A DNA stretch of 55,377 nt, counting the filler, from Candidatus Zhuqueibacterota bacterium (GTDB lineage Bacteria; BS750m-G25), in NCBI GenBank assembly GCA_016783505.1. It is 4 parts of 4 records of this genome, joined end to end, with 100 filler letters (N's around TTAATTAATTAA, not from the genome) between each part and the next. Parts side by side here need not be neighbours in the genome. Positions count along the whole stretch, not along the records: positions 14,150 to 27,951 come from JADHWK010000057.1; positions 28,052 to 41,695 come from JADHWK010000058.1; 2 more parts are not named here. One strand, given 5' to 3'. The position numbers were made by a program, and so were the translations under genes. Positions within the stretch are counted from its first letter, which is position 1; every line of letters begins with the position of its first letter. The notes under the pieces were generated by a model that was not told the DNA's origin, made no database searches, and saw only the letters and a program-made list of their open reading frames with translations. Positions 19,123 through 28,055 of this stretch are shown here, piece after piece.

Positions 19123-19725
19123 TTATAAGAAAGTTTTCATTAGGACATAAGGCACGCCGACAACCAATCTGTCTCTAGGAATTTTACCGTAAAGACGGCT
19201 GTCGTCGCATCCGAAGGAGATCGAAATCTGTTGTGATAGATAGCTCCTCACTGCAATGTTTCCACAAACGGACATTAGGCAGGAAACATCAGCATGTATG
19301 TTTTTACCCAACCGGGTTTGATGGTATTTAATCAGCCTCATGACCTGCCCTGGCTGGAGGTAAGAAATTAAAATATCAGGCAGTTCGTATGTGTTGAGCC
19401 CGATAGCGACAAGACGCTCCTTTAATCTGGGAACGCTTTCTATCATAGACTTAACAACCCCTTCTGGTAGGTTTCGTTTCTCCTTGCATTCCTGGATAAT
19501 CCTATTCTGGGCATATTTGTCCCAACCAAAAGCGTATTTTGCTCCTAAGCAGCTAATAGATGATTGGGTCAAGAAAACGCTTGAAGTTTTTGCCTTATGT
19601 AGCGCTTCGCAAAAACGAATATCCGTAGGAACCGCAGCACTTCCTATGTCTGGCATTTCCTTGTAAAATTTAACCCTCACCCATGACCCACCGAACTTTC
19701 TCGCAAACTTTTTTATATTCTCCAT
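19123..19725 (-). CDS. DUF169 protein
   Basis: RFCEA, ISCLGA, SVC, SFGC..SR. Confidence 0.8.
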   Translation of the reverse strand: MENIKKFARKFGGSWVRVKFYKEMPDIGSAAVPTDIRFCEALHKAKTSSVFLTQSSISCLGAKYAFGWDKYAQNRIIQECKEKRNLPEGVVKSMIESVPRLKERLVAIGLNTYELPDILISYLQPGQVMRLIKYHQTRLGKNIHADVSCLMSVCGNIAVRSYLSQQISISFGCDDSRLYGKIPRDRLVVGVPYVLMKTFL

Positions 19726-19758
19726 TATTGTCCTCTCATAACCGGTCTTTTTAAGAAC

Positions 19759-20046
19759 TTATTGACCTTCAGCCAAGATCTTTTCCAATTGCTCAGCGTG
19801 AATGAAACCTTCTACATTTATCCTCAAATCCTTTACACCCTCTACGCCCTTCACGGCCTGCTGAATAGCAAACCCCAGTTGAAATGCCAGGGGACATACC
19901 GGGGAAGAAGGCCTGAAAGTCAAGGAGACCCGGCCATTCTTCTCAATCTTCAGGTTTCGTATCAGCTCCATCCTCACGACATTAAGACCCGTTTCAGGGT
20001 CAATTACCTTTTCTAAGAAAGTTATTATTATCTGCTCAAGTTTCAT
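19759..20046 (-). CDS. DUF59 (SufT/MIP18-like) Fe-S maturation protein
   Basis: VIDPETGLNVV.M.LI, SPVCPLA. Confidence 0.88.
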   Translation of the reverse strand: MKLEQIIITFLEKVIDPETGLNVVRMELIRNLKIEKNGRVSLTFRPSSPVCPLAFQLGFAIQQAVKGVEGVKDLRINVEGFIHAEQLEKILAEGQ

Positions 20047-20047
20047 A

Positions 20048-20914
20048 CTATGGGCTTTCCAAAAACCCAATGATATTTTCCCAGATATTTCTGATTTCCT
20101 TGGTCACTACCCCGTCCGAGTATTCGATCACGGTTTTTCTGTGCACCATGGCTTCGGTGACGATGGTGTCAAAGTGTATTCTACCTATAAAACCAAGCCC
20201 CTTGATGCGGCAGTAGGCCTCAATTTCCCGGGTCATCCCAGGATTTATGTCGAACTTATTTACACAGATCAGCGTTTTTATTCCAAAATGGGCTGCCAGG
20301 CTCACTACACGCTCCATATCATGCACACCGGAGAGGGAGGGTTCGGTCACTACCAGTACACAGTCGGCCCCGGTGATCGAGGAGATAACCGGACAGCCGA
20401 TACCGGGGGCCCCGTCCACGATGATGAGATCCTTTCCTTCTTTCTCGGCGATCAACCTGGCTTGATGTCGGACTAACGTCACCAGCTTACCCGAGTTTTC
20501 CTGCGCTATCCCCAGCCTGGCGTGCACCATGGGGCCGAATCGTGTCTCGGAGATAAACCATTCACCGGAGGTATTCTCCTGAAAATCTATGGCCTTTTCA
20601 GGACAAAAATATACGCACACCCCGCAGCCTTCACATGAAATCTTGTCCACGACAAAATCATCGCTGATGGCATCGAAACGGCAGACTTCAAGGCATTTTC
20701 CGCATTCTGTGCACGAATCTTCATTAATGGATGCGGCCTTTCCCCCGGCGAAATCCTCCCTCAATTTTACCCTGGGCTCAAGGATAAGATGCAGATCAGC
20801 CGCATCCACGTCGCAATCGGCCATTACCTTGTTTTTTGCCAACGCAGCGAAACAGGCCGTTATGCTGGTCTTGCCAGTTCCGCCCTTGCCGCTGATTATG
20901 ATTAGCTCTTTCAC
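20048..20914 (-). CDS. MinD-like P-loop ATPase with inserted ferredoxin (COG1149)
   Basis: SGKGGTGKT, DCDVDAADL, two CxxCxxC..C motifs, DGAPGIGCP, VTEPS. Confidence 0.92.
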   Translation of the reverse strand: MKELIIISGKGGTGKTSITACFAALAKNKVMADCDVDAADLHLILEPRVKLREDFAGGKAASINEDSCTECGKCLEVCRFDAISDDFVVDKISCEGCGVCVYFCPEKAIDFQENTSGEWFISETRFGPMVHARLGIAQENSGKLVTLVRHQARLIAEKEGKDLIIVDGAPGIGCPVISSITGADCVLVVTEPSLSGVHDMERVVSLAAHFGIKTLICVNKFDINPGMTREIEAYCRIKGLGFIGRIHFDTIVTEAMVHRKTVIEYSDGVVTKEIRNIWENIIGFLESP

Positions 20915-20957
20915 TCTTCAATCATCCGATTCTTCATATATGAGGAATCAATTTTTC

Positions 20958-21110
20958 GTAACTATTCAGTTGCAAAGACTCTAAGACACCAAGATTAGAA
21001 CATAATAAAGAAACTGATAATTTCAGACCTTGTCAAATTGAGTCACACTGATAGGGGTTTAAATCTAATATTCCTTCGTTGTGCCTTGGTGTCTTAGTGG
21101 CTGAACTATT
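20958..21110. mobile_element. Collapsed inverted-repeat element (MITE-like)
   Basis: GTAACTATTCAG...CTAAGACACCAAG (20981-20993) versus CTTGGTGTCTTAG-TGGCTGAA (from 21085). Confidence 0.55.
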
Positions 21111-21937
21111 TTTCTTTCTATCCTGGCAAAGAGCGATTGGAAGCGCTGTTTGTATTCCGGCATAATCTCGATGATGGGGATTCCCTTTGAATAGGCCTCG
21201 GCTATTGTTCTTTCGGTTTTTATCTCCATCAGAACGGGAATATTCTCTTGATTACAGTATTCGATTACCCCTTTATCCCCCACGTCCGAGCGGTTGATAA
21301 CCACCCCAAAGGGGATTTTAAGGGTTCGGATCATCCCTACGGCGAGCACCAGATCATTGAGACCAAATGGGGTTGGTTCGGTCACCAAAAGGGTAAAATC
21401 GCTCCCTTTCACTGCCTCGATGACCGGGCAGGAGGTTCCCGGTGGGGCGTCTATGATTGTCGTTTTTTCCCCGTTGATATGTTTCTTCACCGCCCTGATA
21501 AGAGGCGGTGACATGGCCTCGCCAATGCGCAGCCTCCCATGAATGAATTCCATTTCCCCCGCCAGCCCCTTCTCCACTACGCCCATCTCACGGTCTTTAT
21601 CTGAAATCGCATCTTCCGGACATACCAGCGAACACCCGCCGCAGCCGTGACAGAGTTCAGGAAAGGTCAGGACATTTTTTTTGATAACCACGATGGCACT
21701 ATATTGGCATATCTGGCCGCATTTGCCGCAGTAAGTGCAGATGGATTTATCAACTTCAGGAACCGGGATTCCGATGATTCTCGTTTCCTGAAAATCGGGT
21801 TTTAAAAATATGTGGGCGTTGGGTTCCTCAACATCGCAGTCGAGAAACAGAACATCTTCCTTTAAAGAAAGGGCGAGATTGGTAGCTACGGTGGTCTTGC
21901 CCGTCCCGCCCTTTCCACTGGCAACAGAGATTACCAT
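21065..21937 (-). CDS. MinD-like P-loop ATPase with inserted ferredoxin (COG1149), second paralog
   Basis: SGKGGTGKT, DCDVEEPN, CTYCGKC..C, CHGCGGC..C, DAPPGTSCP, VTEPT. Confidence 0.92.
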   Translation of the reverse strand: MVISVASGKGGTGKTTVATNLALSLKEDVLFLDCDVEEPNAHIFLKPDFQETRIIGIPVPEVDKSICTYCGKCGQICQYSAIVVIKKNVLTFPELCHGCGGCSLVCPEDAISDKDREMGVVEKGLAGEMEFIHGRLRIGEAMSPPLIRAVKKHINGEKTTIIDAPPGTSCPVIEAVKGSDFTLLVTEPTPFGLNDLVLAVGMIRTLKIPFGVVINRSDVGDKGVIEYCNQENIPVLMEIKTERTIAEAYSKGIPIIEIMPEYKQRFQSLFARIERKIVQPLRHQGTTKEY

Positions 21938-21940
21938 ATT

Positions 21941-22135
21941 TCATCCAAAATATCGCTTGATCAATCTCTCGGCATAGTTTTTAAGGAAATTATAGAGGAT
22001 TTCACTTTTACAATCCTCTGCAAATTTACGGCAGACGCTTTCCTTCAGATTAATCGCTTGTTCCTTCGATTTGCAGGCCTTAATCTTTTTTTCTATGCCT
22101 GCCCAATGTTTCCTAACCTTTTCTTCCGGTCTCAT
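21941..22135 (-). CDS. Small hypothetical protein
   Basis: Translationally coupled (ATGA overlap) within the operon. Confidence 0.7.
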   Translation of the reverse strand: MRPEEKVRKHWAGIEKKIKACKSKEQAINLKESVCRKFAEDCKSEILYNFLKNYAERLIKRYFG

Positions 22136-22338
22136 CTCAGTTGCTTGTTCAGTTCTTCCACTAACTGCTCGATAGTCTCATCATCCATACCCTTTTGTTG
22201 GGCGTTGTCCTCCAGTGTTCCCCATACCGGTGCTCCGCAGGCAATACATGTGATGCCCTTTTCCATGAGAAATCGGACCGATTGCGGATACACTTGGATC
22301 AGGTCTTCAATGAAGATGTTCTTGTTAATCCTGACCAT
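22132..22338 (-). CDS. DUF1858 protein
   Basis: I.DL...YP....FL...G..CIACG.....TLE..A...G.D. Confidence 0.85.
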   Translation of the reverse strand: MVRINKNIFIEDLIQVYPQSVRFLMEKGITCIACGAPVWGTLEDNAQQKGMDDETIEQLVEELNKQLR

Positions 22339-22407
22339 GAGTCTATCTGTTAAGAAGTGGGGTCAAAAACAACCCCACTTTTGCTCACCCTTCACCTTTA
22401 GCTGTTC

Positions 22408-22806
22408 CTACTTTTTGGGAGATGTTCCGATCTCCTTGATGCGGTTATTGATGGCGTCGAGCTGACCTTTCAGGTATTCAGCCTGGCTCCTCAGTTGATC
22501 AACCTCTTGTTGAGTAGTCATCTGCGGTGTGAAAGCTGCTCCGCCATATCCCACAGGATAGGGAGCCATTCCATAGCCTTGAACAGGGGGAATCCCATAA
22601 CCGGCATACGGCATCCCGCCAAAGCCAAAATATGGATACCCAGTGAAGCCCCGAAGGCTCCTGCCGCGACCACGACCGAACCCCAACCCCAGTCGGGGAG
22701 ATACCGGATTTGCGAATCCGGGCGCAGGATAACCGGCGCAGTATCCAGCAGCTCTACCCGTCATTGGACCCATTCCCATTGGTCCAGTTCCGTTTCCACC
22801 TGGCAT
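22408..22806 (-). CDS. DUF5320 protein
   Basis: MPGGNGTGPMGMGPMTGRAAGYCAG, GRGRGR, C-terminal coiled coil. Confidence 0.88.
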   Translation of the reverse strand: MPGGNGTGPMGMGPMTGRAAGYCAGYPAPGFANPVSPRLGLGFGRGRGRSLRGFTGYPYFGFGGMPYAGYGIPPVQGYGMAPYPVGYGGAAFTPQMTTQQEVDQLRSQAEYLKGQLDAINNRIKEIGTSPKK

Positions 22807-22865
22807 GAAAATCACCTCCTTCCATTAAGCTTTTGTATAATTGGTTCAGATATTCTGCAACGTTC

Positions 22866-23282
22866 TTACCATTTTCTCCCCCTTCCCCGGCCCTGTCTTT
22901 TTCCCCGGCCCCTTCCCATGCCACCCCTACGGCCCATCCCTATCCGTTCAAAGGGGCCTGGTACGTGCTGAATGGGTGAGAGGGGAAAACCCCCTGTCCT
23001 CGTCAGAGGTGGGGGAAAGGCCGGAGCGCCCATCGGTTCAACAGTTGGCGAGTATGGGAGCTTCCCCATTTCAATTTCATCTTGGTCTGTTGATTCCGCT
23101 GCTATGATGGGCACCTGGTATTGGAGGGCGTTGTTGGGGCAGGTGTTAAGGCAAGCCCCGCAGTCATTGCATTTGGAGCCATCTATCTCGGCTTTGCCGT
23201 CTTCAAGATAGATGGCCCCCCAGGGGCAGGTGTCCACACAGGCCCCACAGCCGGTGCACGATTGCAGGTCAATCCAAATCAT
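22866..23282 (-). CDS. 2[4Fe-4S] ferredoxin with Pro-rich linker and Gly/Arg-rich tail
   Basis: CTGCGACVDTCP, CNDCGACLNTCP, GMGRRGGMGRGRGKRQGRGRGR. Confidence 0.85.
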   Translation of the reverse strand: MIWIDLQSCTGCGACVDTCPWGAIYLEDGKAEIDGSKCNDCGACLNTCPNNALQYQVPIIAAESTDQDEIEMGKLPYSPTVEPMGAPAFPPPLTRTGGFPLSPIQHVPGPFERIGMGRRGGMGRGRGKRQGRGRGRKW

Positions 23283-23283
23283 A

Positions 23284-23502
23284 TTATTCCCTCACCATCT
23301 TGGCCCCGCATTTGGGGCAGCTTTGCTTGTAACAGGGAACCGCCCTTTGATGGGGTGCCGTGGCGCCGCAACTGGGGCAGACACAATTCCCTCCCAGCCC
23401 TGATCCCTGGCCTCCCATGCGTCCCCTGCCGCCGCCCCGTCCTAAACCACGTCCCGTTCCCGGACCGGCACCGGCGGGTCCTGTTCCGTTTCCTCTCGGC
23501 AT
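23284..23502 (-). CDS. Small Gly/Arg-rich protein with Cys-rich C-terminus (DUF5320-like N-terminus)
   Basis: MPRGNGTGP, GRGLGRGGGRG, CVCPSCG..H..PC..CPKCG; GGAGG RBS. Confidence 0.8.
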   Translation of the reverse strand: MPRGNGTGPAGAGPGTGRGLGRGGGRGRMGGQGSGLGGNCVCPSCGATAPHQRAVPCYKQSCPKCGAKMVRE

Positions 23503-23718
23503 TTTGGTCACCTCCTTCAATTAATAGATAAACATCTAGCCCGAAGGTCTCCTGACCGAAGGGCAATAGATTTATAAAAGTTTGGGGTTTCGGTGAGACA
23601 CCTTAACCCTAGTGAGATAGGTTACCTCCTTCACTACCTCTCAGAATTTCTAAAACTAATTGATGACAACTGAATAAGCAATTAGCTATCAGCCCTTTTC
23701 TGATTCCTTACTTCGAAA

Positions 23719-23973
23719 TTATTTGCCACAACACCGCTTCGGATTGTCGCAGGGATTGGTGATCCCACAGCATTCGGCTTGTTCGGGGGTTTTTCTGCGA
23801 TAATCAGTTTCATAAAACCCCGATCCCTTAAAAATGATTCCGGTTCCCCCGCTGATTATCCTCCTGACTTCACCTTCACATCTCGGGCAATACTTTAGGG
23901 GGTATTCAGTTATCTTTTGAAACCTGTCAAATTGATAACCACAGTTTAAACATTGATATTCATAGGTAGGCAT
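23719..23973 (-). CDS. FmdB-family zinc-ribbon protein with extra Cys tail
   Basis: MPTYEYQC..CG, CPRC, FKGSGFY.TDY, CCGITNPCDNPKRCC. Confidence 0.9.
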   Translation of the reverse strand: MPTYEYQCLNCGYQFDRFQKITEYPLKYCPRCEGEVRRIISGGTGIIFKGSGFYETDYRRKTPEQAECCGITNPCDNPKRCCGK

Positions 23974-23974
23974 T

Positions 23975-24811
23975 TTATTCTCCTATTGTGATTGTCCTTC
24001 CAACCCCCAATTCCAAGAAATTTTCCCTATATGCTTCCCGGAATAGCTGTCTGGCTCTATCCCCGGAGCAGTGAGAGGGGCCAGCCTGGAGAACCCCCAG
24101 TTTTTTGAAGTCAGCGATAATTCGTCTTATTTCTCCCTCGCTCGTTCCACCCAGATGGAAACCGCCCATAACCAACACGGGGTTTCCCCCAACCAATCGC
24201 TTTGATTTATTCACTATTTTTACCACTCCCGGATGGGCACAGCCGGTTATGATCACGGGTCCTTTTGGGGTTTTTAGTATCAGCGATTGTTCCTTTATCC
24301 ATACGCCGAGCTCACCGGTGGAATACACATTATCGAAAAGCTCTCCGGACTTGTGCACCTCTTCGACCTTGGCACCAAAAGATCTTACTTCATCTTTGAA
24401 ACTTAGCGGAAAGGATTTCGGCAGGTACACGGTTACCCCTGAGTTTCGCTTCAGAAAACCGGATAGCCCCCCCACATGGTCACCGTGGATGTGGGACAAC
24501 ACCACCGCATCTATTTCCTTGGGTTTGATTTTAAGTTGCTCCATGTTATATAGCAGGGTAGGACTATCCCCGCCGGTGTCGAACAGTATGTTTTTTCCCC
24601 CAAACCTTATTAGACATGAGAATCCCCAGGCAGTCCTTAGTGAACTGTCATAGGGATTGTTGTCGTAGATGATAATAATTGTCAAATTTTCCAGAGACAT
24701 GTTTGCCTTTTTATAATGATCTTTCGGATTCCTTTCTCCACCGGCGCCACAGTTGAGGAGGACCACCAATGATAGAGCAACCATAGTCAAAAAGGCTATC
24801 TTTTCCATCAT
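23975..24811 (-). CDS. MBL-fold metallo-hydrolase (COG1237-like) with N-terminal lipoprotein-like signal
   Basis: LFDTG, SHIHGDH, GCAHPG, GGFH, HCSG; signal ending LLNC. Confidence 0.88.
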   Translation of the reverse strand: MMEKIAFLTMVALSLVVLLNCGAGGERNPKDHYKKANMSLENLTIIIIYDNNPYDSSLRTAWGFSCLIRFGGKNILFDTGGDSPTLLYNMEQLKIKPKEIDAVVLSHIHGDHVGGLSGFLKRNSGVTVYLPKSFPLSFKDEVRSFGAKVEEVHKSGELFDNVYSTGELGVWIKEQSLILKTPKGPVIITGCAHPGVVKIVNKSKRLVGGNPVLVMGGFHLGGTSEGEIRRIIADFKKLGVLQAGPSHCSGDRARQLFREAYRENFLELGVGRTITIGE

Positions 24812-24829
24812 TTCCGTTTCCCATTCTAT

Positions 24830-24844
24830 TGAAAATTATTTTCA
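24830..24844. promoter_or_regulatory. Fur-box-like 7-1-7 palindrome
   Basis: TGAAAAT-T-ATTTTCA between the fur stop and the MBL start. Confidence 0.6.
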
Positions 24845-24859
24845 GTAAAGGGTAAAAAA

Positions 24860-25303
24860 TTAATCTGAGGCGCATTGTTTGCAATATCCAAATAGTGTGA
24901 GCTCATGATCGATTATTATGAACCTGTGTTCTTGGGATAATTTTTCTGCCAGATGGTTTAGCTGGGGAAAGAAATCGGATTCGAAATCTATTAGTTTCCC
25001 ACATTTCACACAGACGAGATGGTGGTGATGGGTATCCTTATTTCCGTTCGTGATGTTAAGCTCATAACGATAGGTTCCCTCACCAAAATCAAATTTTTTA
25101 ATCAGCCTCATTTGGGTAAGGGCGCTAAGGGTACGATAAATGGTCGCCAGGGATACTCTTGACCTTCTTTTTTGCAGAAATCGGTAAAGGCCCTCAGCGG
25201 TAAAATGGGGTTCGACTTTCTGTAATGAATCTGTGATAATCGACCGCTCGAGGGTTACCCTGTAGCCCTTTATTCCCAGAGCATCCATTAACCGGTTTGC
25301 CAT
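24860..25303 (-). CDS. Fur-family transcriptional regulator
   Basis: H.TAE, SLATIYRTL, HHHHLVCVKCG, GYCKQC. Confidence 0.93.
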   Translation of the reverse strand: MANRLMDALGIKGYRVTLERSIITDSLQKVEPHFTAEGLYRFLQKRRSRVSLATIYRTLSALTQMRLIKKFDFGEGTYRYELNITNGNKDTHHHHLVCVKCGKLIDFESDFFPQLNHLAEKLSQEHRFIIIDHELTLFGYCKQCASD

Positions 25304-25360
25304 TTTTGTCTTCCCCAAACTGAACTTCAGATTTTTATCTTGGGAATCCCCGCCATTTTA

Positions 25361-26023
25361 CTATTCCCCTTTTTTCTTTCCCAGCTCGTTTATCCTCTTG
25401 CTAATGGCATCCAGTTGCTGCTTCATAAGATCGGCCTGCTGCTTTAATAGCTGAAGTTCCTGATCCGGGGTTGTTGGACCTGCACCCGGTGCCGCAGGCC
25501 CCGTTCCCGGAACGCCGGGCATGGCACCGTAGCCCACCTCAGGCAATCCACCCCCGCCCATTCCTCGACCCATCCCTCTGCCCATTCCTCGCCCCATACC
25601 CATTCCGAAACCGGGTCCCATAGGCTGTCCCTGGCCGCCTGCCTGGCCAGGCGTGCCCGCACCCATCCCGAAATGGGCCTGCACATTGGGCTGGGCGGTG
25701 GGCTTAAGCTGACCGGATTTGTACCTTTGAATGGCATCCTGCACCGATCCTACGACGCCGATAATTACCTGAACACCGGCGGCTTGTAAGGTCTGGAAGG
25801 CGTTGGGGCCGCAGCTCCCGGTGAGCACCGTCTCGGCACCCTTGTCGGTAACAAACTGGGCCGACTGGATCCCAGCCCCTCCCATCGCGGCAACATTGGG
25901 GTTTTCAACGGCCTCAAATTGCAGCGTGTCGGGATCTACGAAGATGAAATATGGACATCTTCCAAATCGGGGGTCAACCTGGGCCGCCAGATCAGTCCCT
26001 GCTGAGGTAATGACGATTTTCAT
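25361..26023 (-). CDS. NifB/NifX (Orange-protein-like) domain fused to a DUF5320-like low-complexity tail
   Basis: DPRFGRCPYF, GGAGIQSAQ, GPNAF; then (GMGR)n and a terminal coiled coil. Confidence 0.88.
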   Translation of the reverse strand: MKIVITSAGTDLAAQVDPRFGRCPYFIFVDPDTLQFEAVENPNVAAMGGAGIQSAQFVTDKGAETVLTGSCGPNAFQTLQAAGVQVIIGVVGSVQDAIQRYKSGQLKPTAQPNVQAHFGMGAGTPGQAGGQGQPMGPGFGMGMGRGMGRGMGRGMGGGGLPEVGYGAMPGVPGTGPAAPGAGPTTPDQELQLLKQQADLMKQQLDAISKRINELGKKKGE

Positions 26024-26385
26024 TTTTTCTCTCCTTCTAATTCCTTCATTCGATCCTTAATACCCTCCAGTTGGTCTTCTAAGATCTCAGCCTGTCCTTT
26101 CAGCATTTCCAGTTCCTGTTCCGGTGTGCTCTGGGCGGCTCCCCAGGGATCGTAAGGGGTGGGAAATCCAGGCATAGGAAAGCCCGGAGACTGGAACGCA
26201 TAGGGGACCTGCCCGCTCTGCCAGAGGGCATCCATCTGCGGAGTGGGCCAATAGCCGTACATCAAATATTGTGCAGCGGGGCCAAGCCCTGTGGGACTCC
26301 TGCCGATCCAACCCGGGCTGAACCCGAACCGCATCCATCCAGGCAGCCCAGTCATTCTGTACCACCACCGATGTCTGTTACCCAT
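26020..26385 (-). CDS. DUF5320-like protein
   Basis: RHRWWYRMTGLPGWMRFG, GRSPTGLGP, terminal coiled coil; GGAGG RBS. Confidence 0.8.
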   Translation of the reverse strand: MGNRHRWWYRMTGLPGWMRFGFSPGWIGRSPTGLGPAAQYLMYGYWPTPQMDALWQSGQVPYAFQSPGFPMPGFPTPYDPWGAAQSTPEQELEMLKGQAEILEDQLEGIKDRMKELEGEKK

Positions 26386-26533
26386 TTCTATACCTCCTTT
26401 TTACTAAATATCCTTTCGATTTTAAAGTCTCCTTAGTAAATAGGCAATCTTTATGCCAACTTATCCTTATCATCCCAATTGCCAAATATCAAAGCTAATA
26501 CATCTAATCTGGTTCAAAAAGGGATTCATTGGG

Positions 26534-26571
26534 TGTTTCACATTTGAAATGTTTATTTCAACATTGAAACA
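26534..26571. promoter_or_regulatory. Nested palindrome, candidate metal-regulator operator for the cluster
   Basis: TGTTTCA..TTGAAAT-GTTT-ATTTCAA..TGAAACA about 150 bp upstream of the first DUF5320-like gene. Confidence 0.5.
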
Positions 26572-26633
26572 TACAGGGGAAAGGATGATCATTTCACTGT
26601 ACAGTCCGGGCATCGGAATTCTATACTTTCTCC

Positions 26634-27951
26634 TTACTTATAAAACCGCACTTTCAGTCCGCCATAGATAATGCGACCGGTATAAGGTGCGTACATAAAG
26701 GCAGCATCATCAGGGTGCCTCTCCTCTTGAACATAGTCAAATATATTTTTCGCACCCATAAAGATAGTAGTTCCATTTGAAAAACTTCTGGCTATTTTGG
26801 CATTCACCACCCAGAAATCAGGAGTATGCACAATTTTACTCTCGGGTAGTCCTATATCCTCTTCCTTGCAATAATCAATATACATTCTACCGGTATAATC
26901 AGCGTCTAATACCAGATCCCAGTGGCCCGGGTTATAGGTGAGCTCGACACCTCCGGTAATCTTTGGGACCCGAGGAATATATTTGCTGTCTTCTGCATAT
27001 TCTGGATGATTCTCTACCCAGTCTTCTCGCTCATTTTCATATTGAGCATCGGTATAAGCCAGATTGAGGTCAAGGACAAGGTCACGTACCAGAAGTGTTC
27101 TGGATCCCAGTTCTATCCCCTGGGTATAAGCATCACCTATGTTGCCCCATTCATAAGTGTAACCCAAATTTTTCGATGTTTCGCTGGCATCGGTAAACCC
27201 AATCTTGTCTTGCAGATTAGTACGAAAGAGATTTGCATTCACGGTAAACCTCTCGGCCGAGTAATCTGCTCCCAGATTAAAGCTTACCGATTTTTCAGGC
27301 TTCAAACCGGCTGGTTTGTTAACCCTGGGTGAGCCGCTACAGAGATGCAAATCCTCGCTAAAGCCATAGGGAACCCGGAAACCTGTCCCTACGCTGGTTC
27401 GCAAGATAAAATTGGGAGACGCCTTAAGCCTTACTGCCATTCTGGGACTAAAGGCTTGTTCACCGTAGTCAAGCTTAATCCTTTGTTGGGGAGCAATCGT
27501 ACCGGAACCACCAAAATCATCTTTGGAGCGGTGGATGTCATACCTGGCCCCCAGCACCAGTTCCAGAGCATCACTTAAGGAAACTTCGTCCTGAAGATAA
27601 GCCCCCCCGTCATCGGCGTGCTTTTCACTTTCGGAGGTGTAGGTGCCGCCATAATTGGGATCCGTATCATCCACAATGACATACCTGCCAGTTTCTTCCA
27701 GCTTATTGTGGGAATACTGGACTCCCCCTAATAGACGGTGGCTTCCGAGGGGATGAGAATAGTTGAAATCCACCACATAAAGGTTCTCGTCGGCAAGATA
27801 AGGCTGCATTTCGTCTATCGTAGGCAGCGTTCCATGAATGCCTTCATAGTCGCCCAGAAAGGCATCGTTGGTGGCACTGCGGTTATGGAAAGTATAGCCG
27901 AGGTTAAGGGTAATCTCATTGCCATAGCTAAACCTTTTCCTGTATCCAATT
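26634..27951 (-). CDS. TonB-dependent receptor, 3' part
   Basis: GARYD, GTGFRVP, LKPEKS, GAKNIFD..., GRIIYGGLKVRF; truncated by contig start. Confidence 0.9.
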
Positions 27952-28051
27952 NNNNNNNNNNNNNNNNNNNNNNNNNNNNNNNNNNNNNNNNNNNNTTAAT
28001 TAATTAANNNNNNNNNNNNNNNNNNNNNNNNNNNNNNNNNNNNNNNNNNNN
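27952..28051. other. Artificial contig linker
   Basis: N-run + TTAATTAATTAA + N-run. Confidence 0.98.
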
Positions 28052-28055
28052 AAAA

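Noticed and set aside
18576-26023. NifB/NifX and NifS-like genes as evidence of nitrogen fixation
   Set aside because: No nifH/D/K/E/N; these families are common in non-diazotrophic anaerobes
14561-26385. Selenocysteine (TGA) read-through in SelD or neighbouring genes
   Set aside because: SelD active-site residues are TGT Cys codons; the TGA stops I checked in the cluster look like ordinary, often coupled, gene ends. A bSECIS scan was not run
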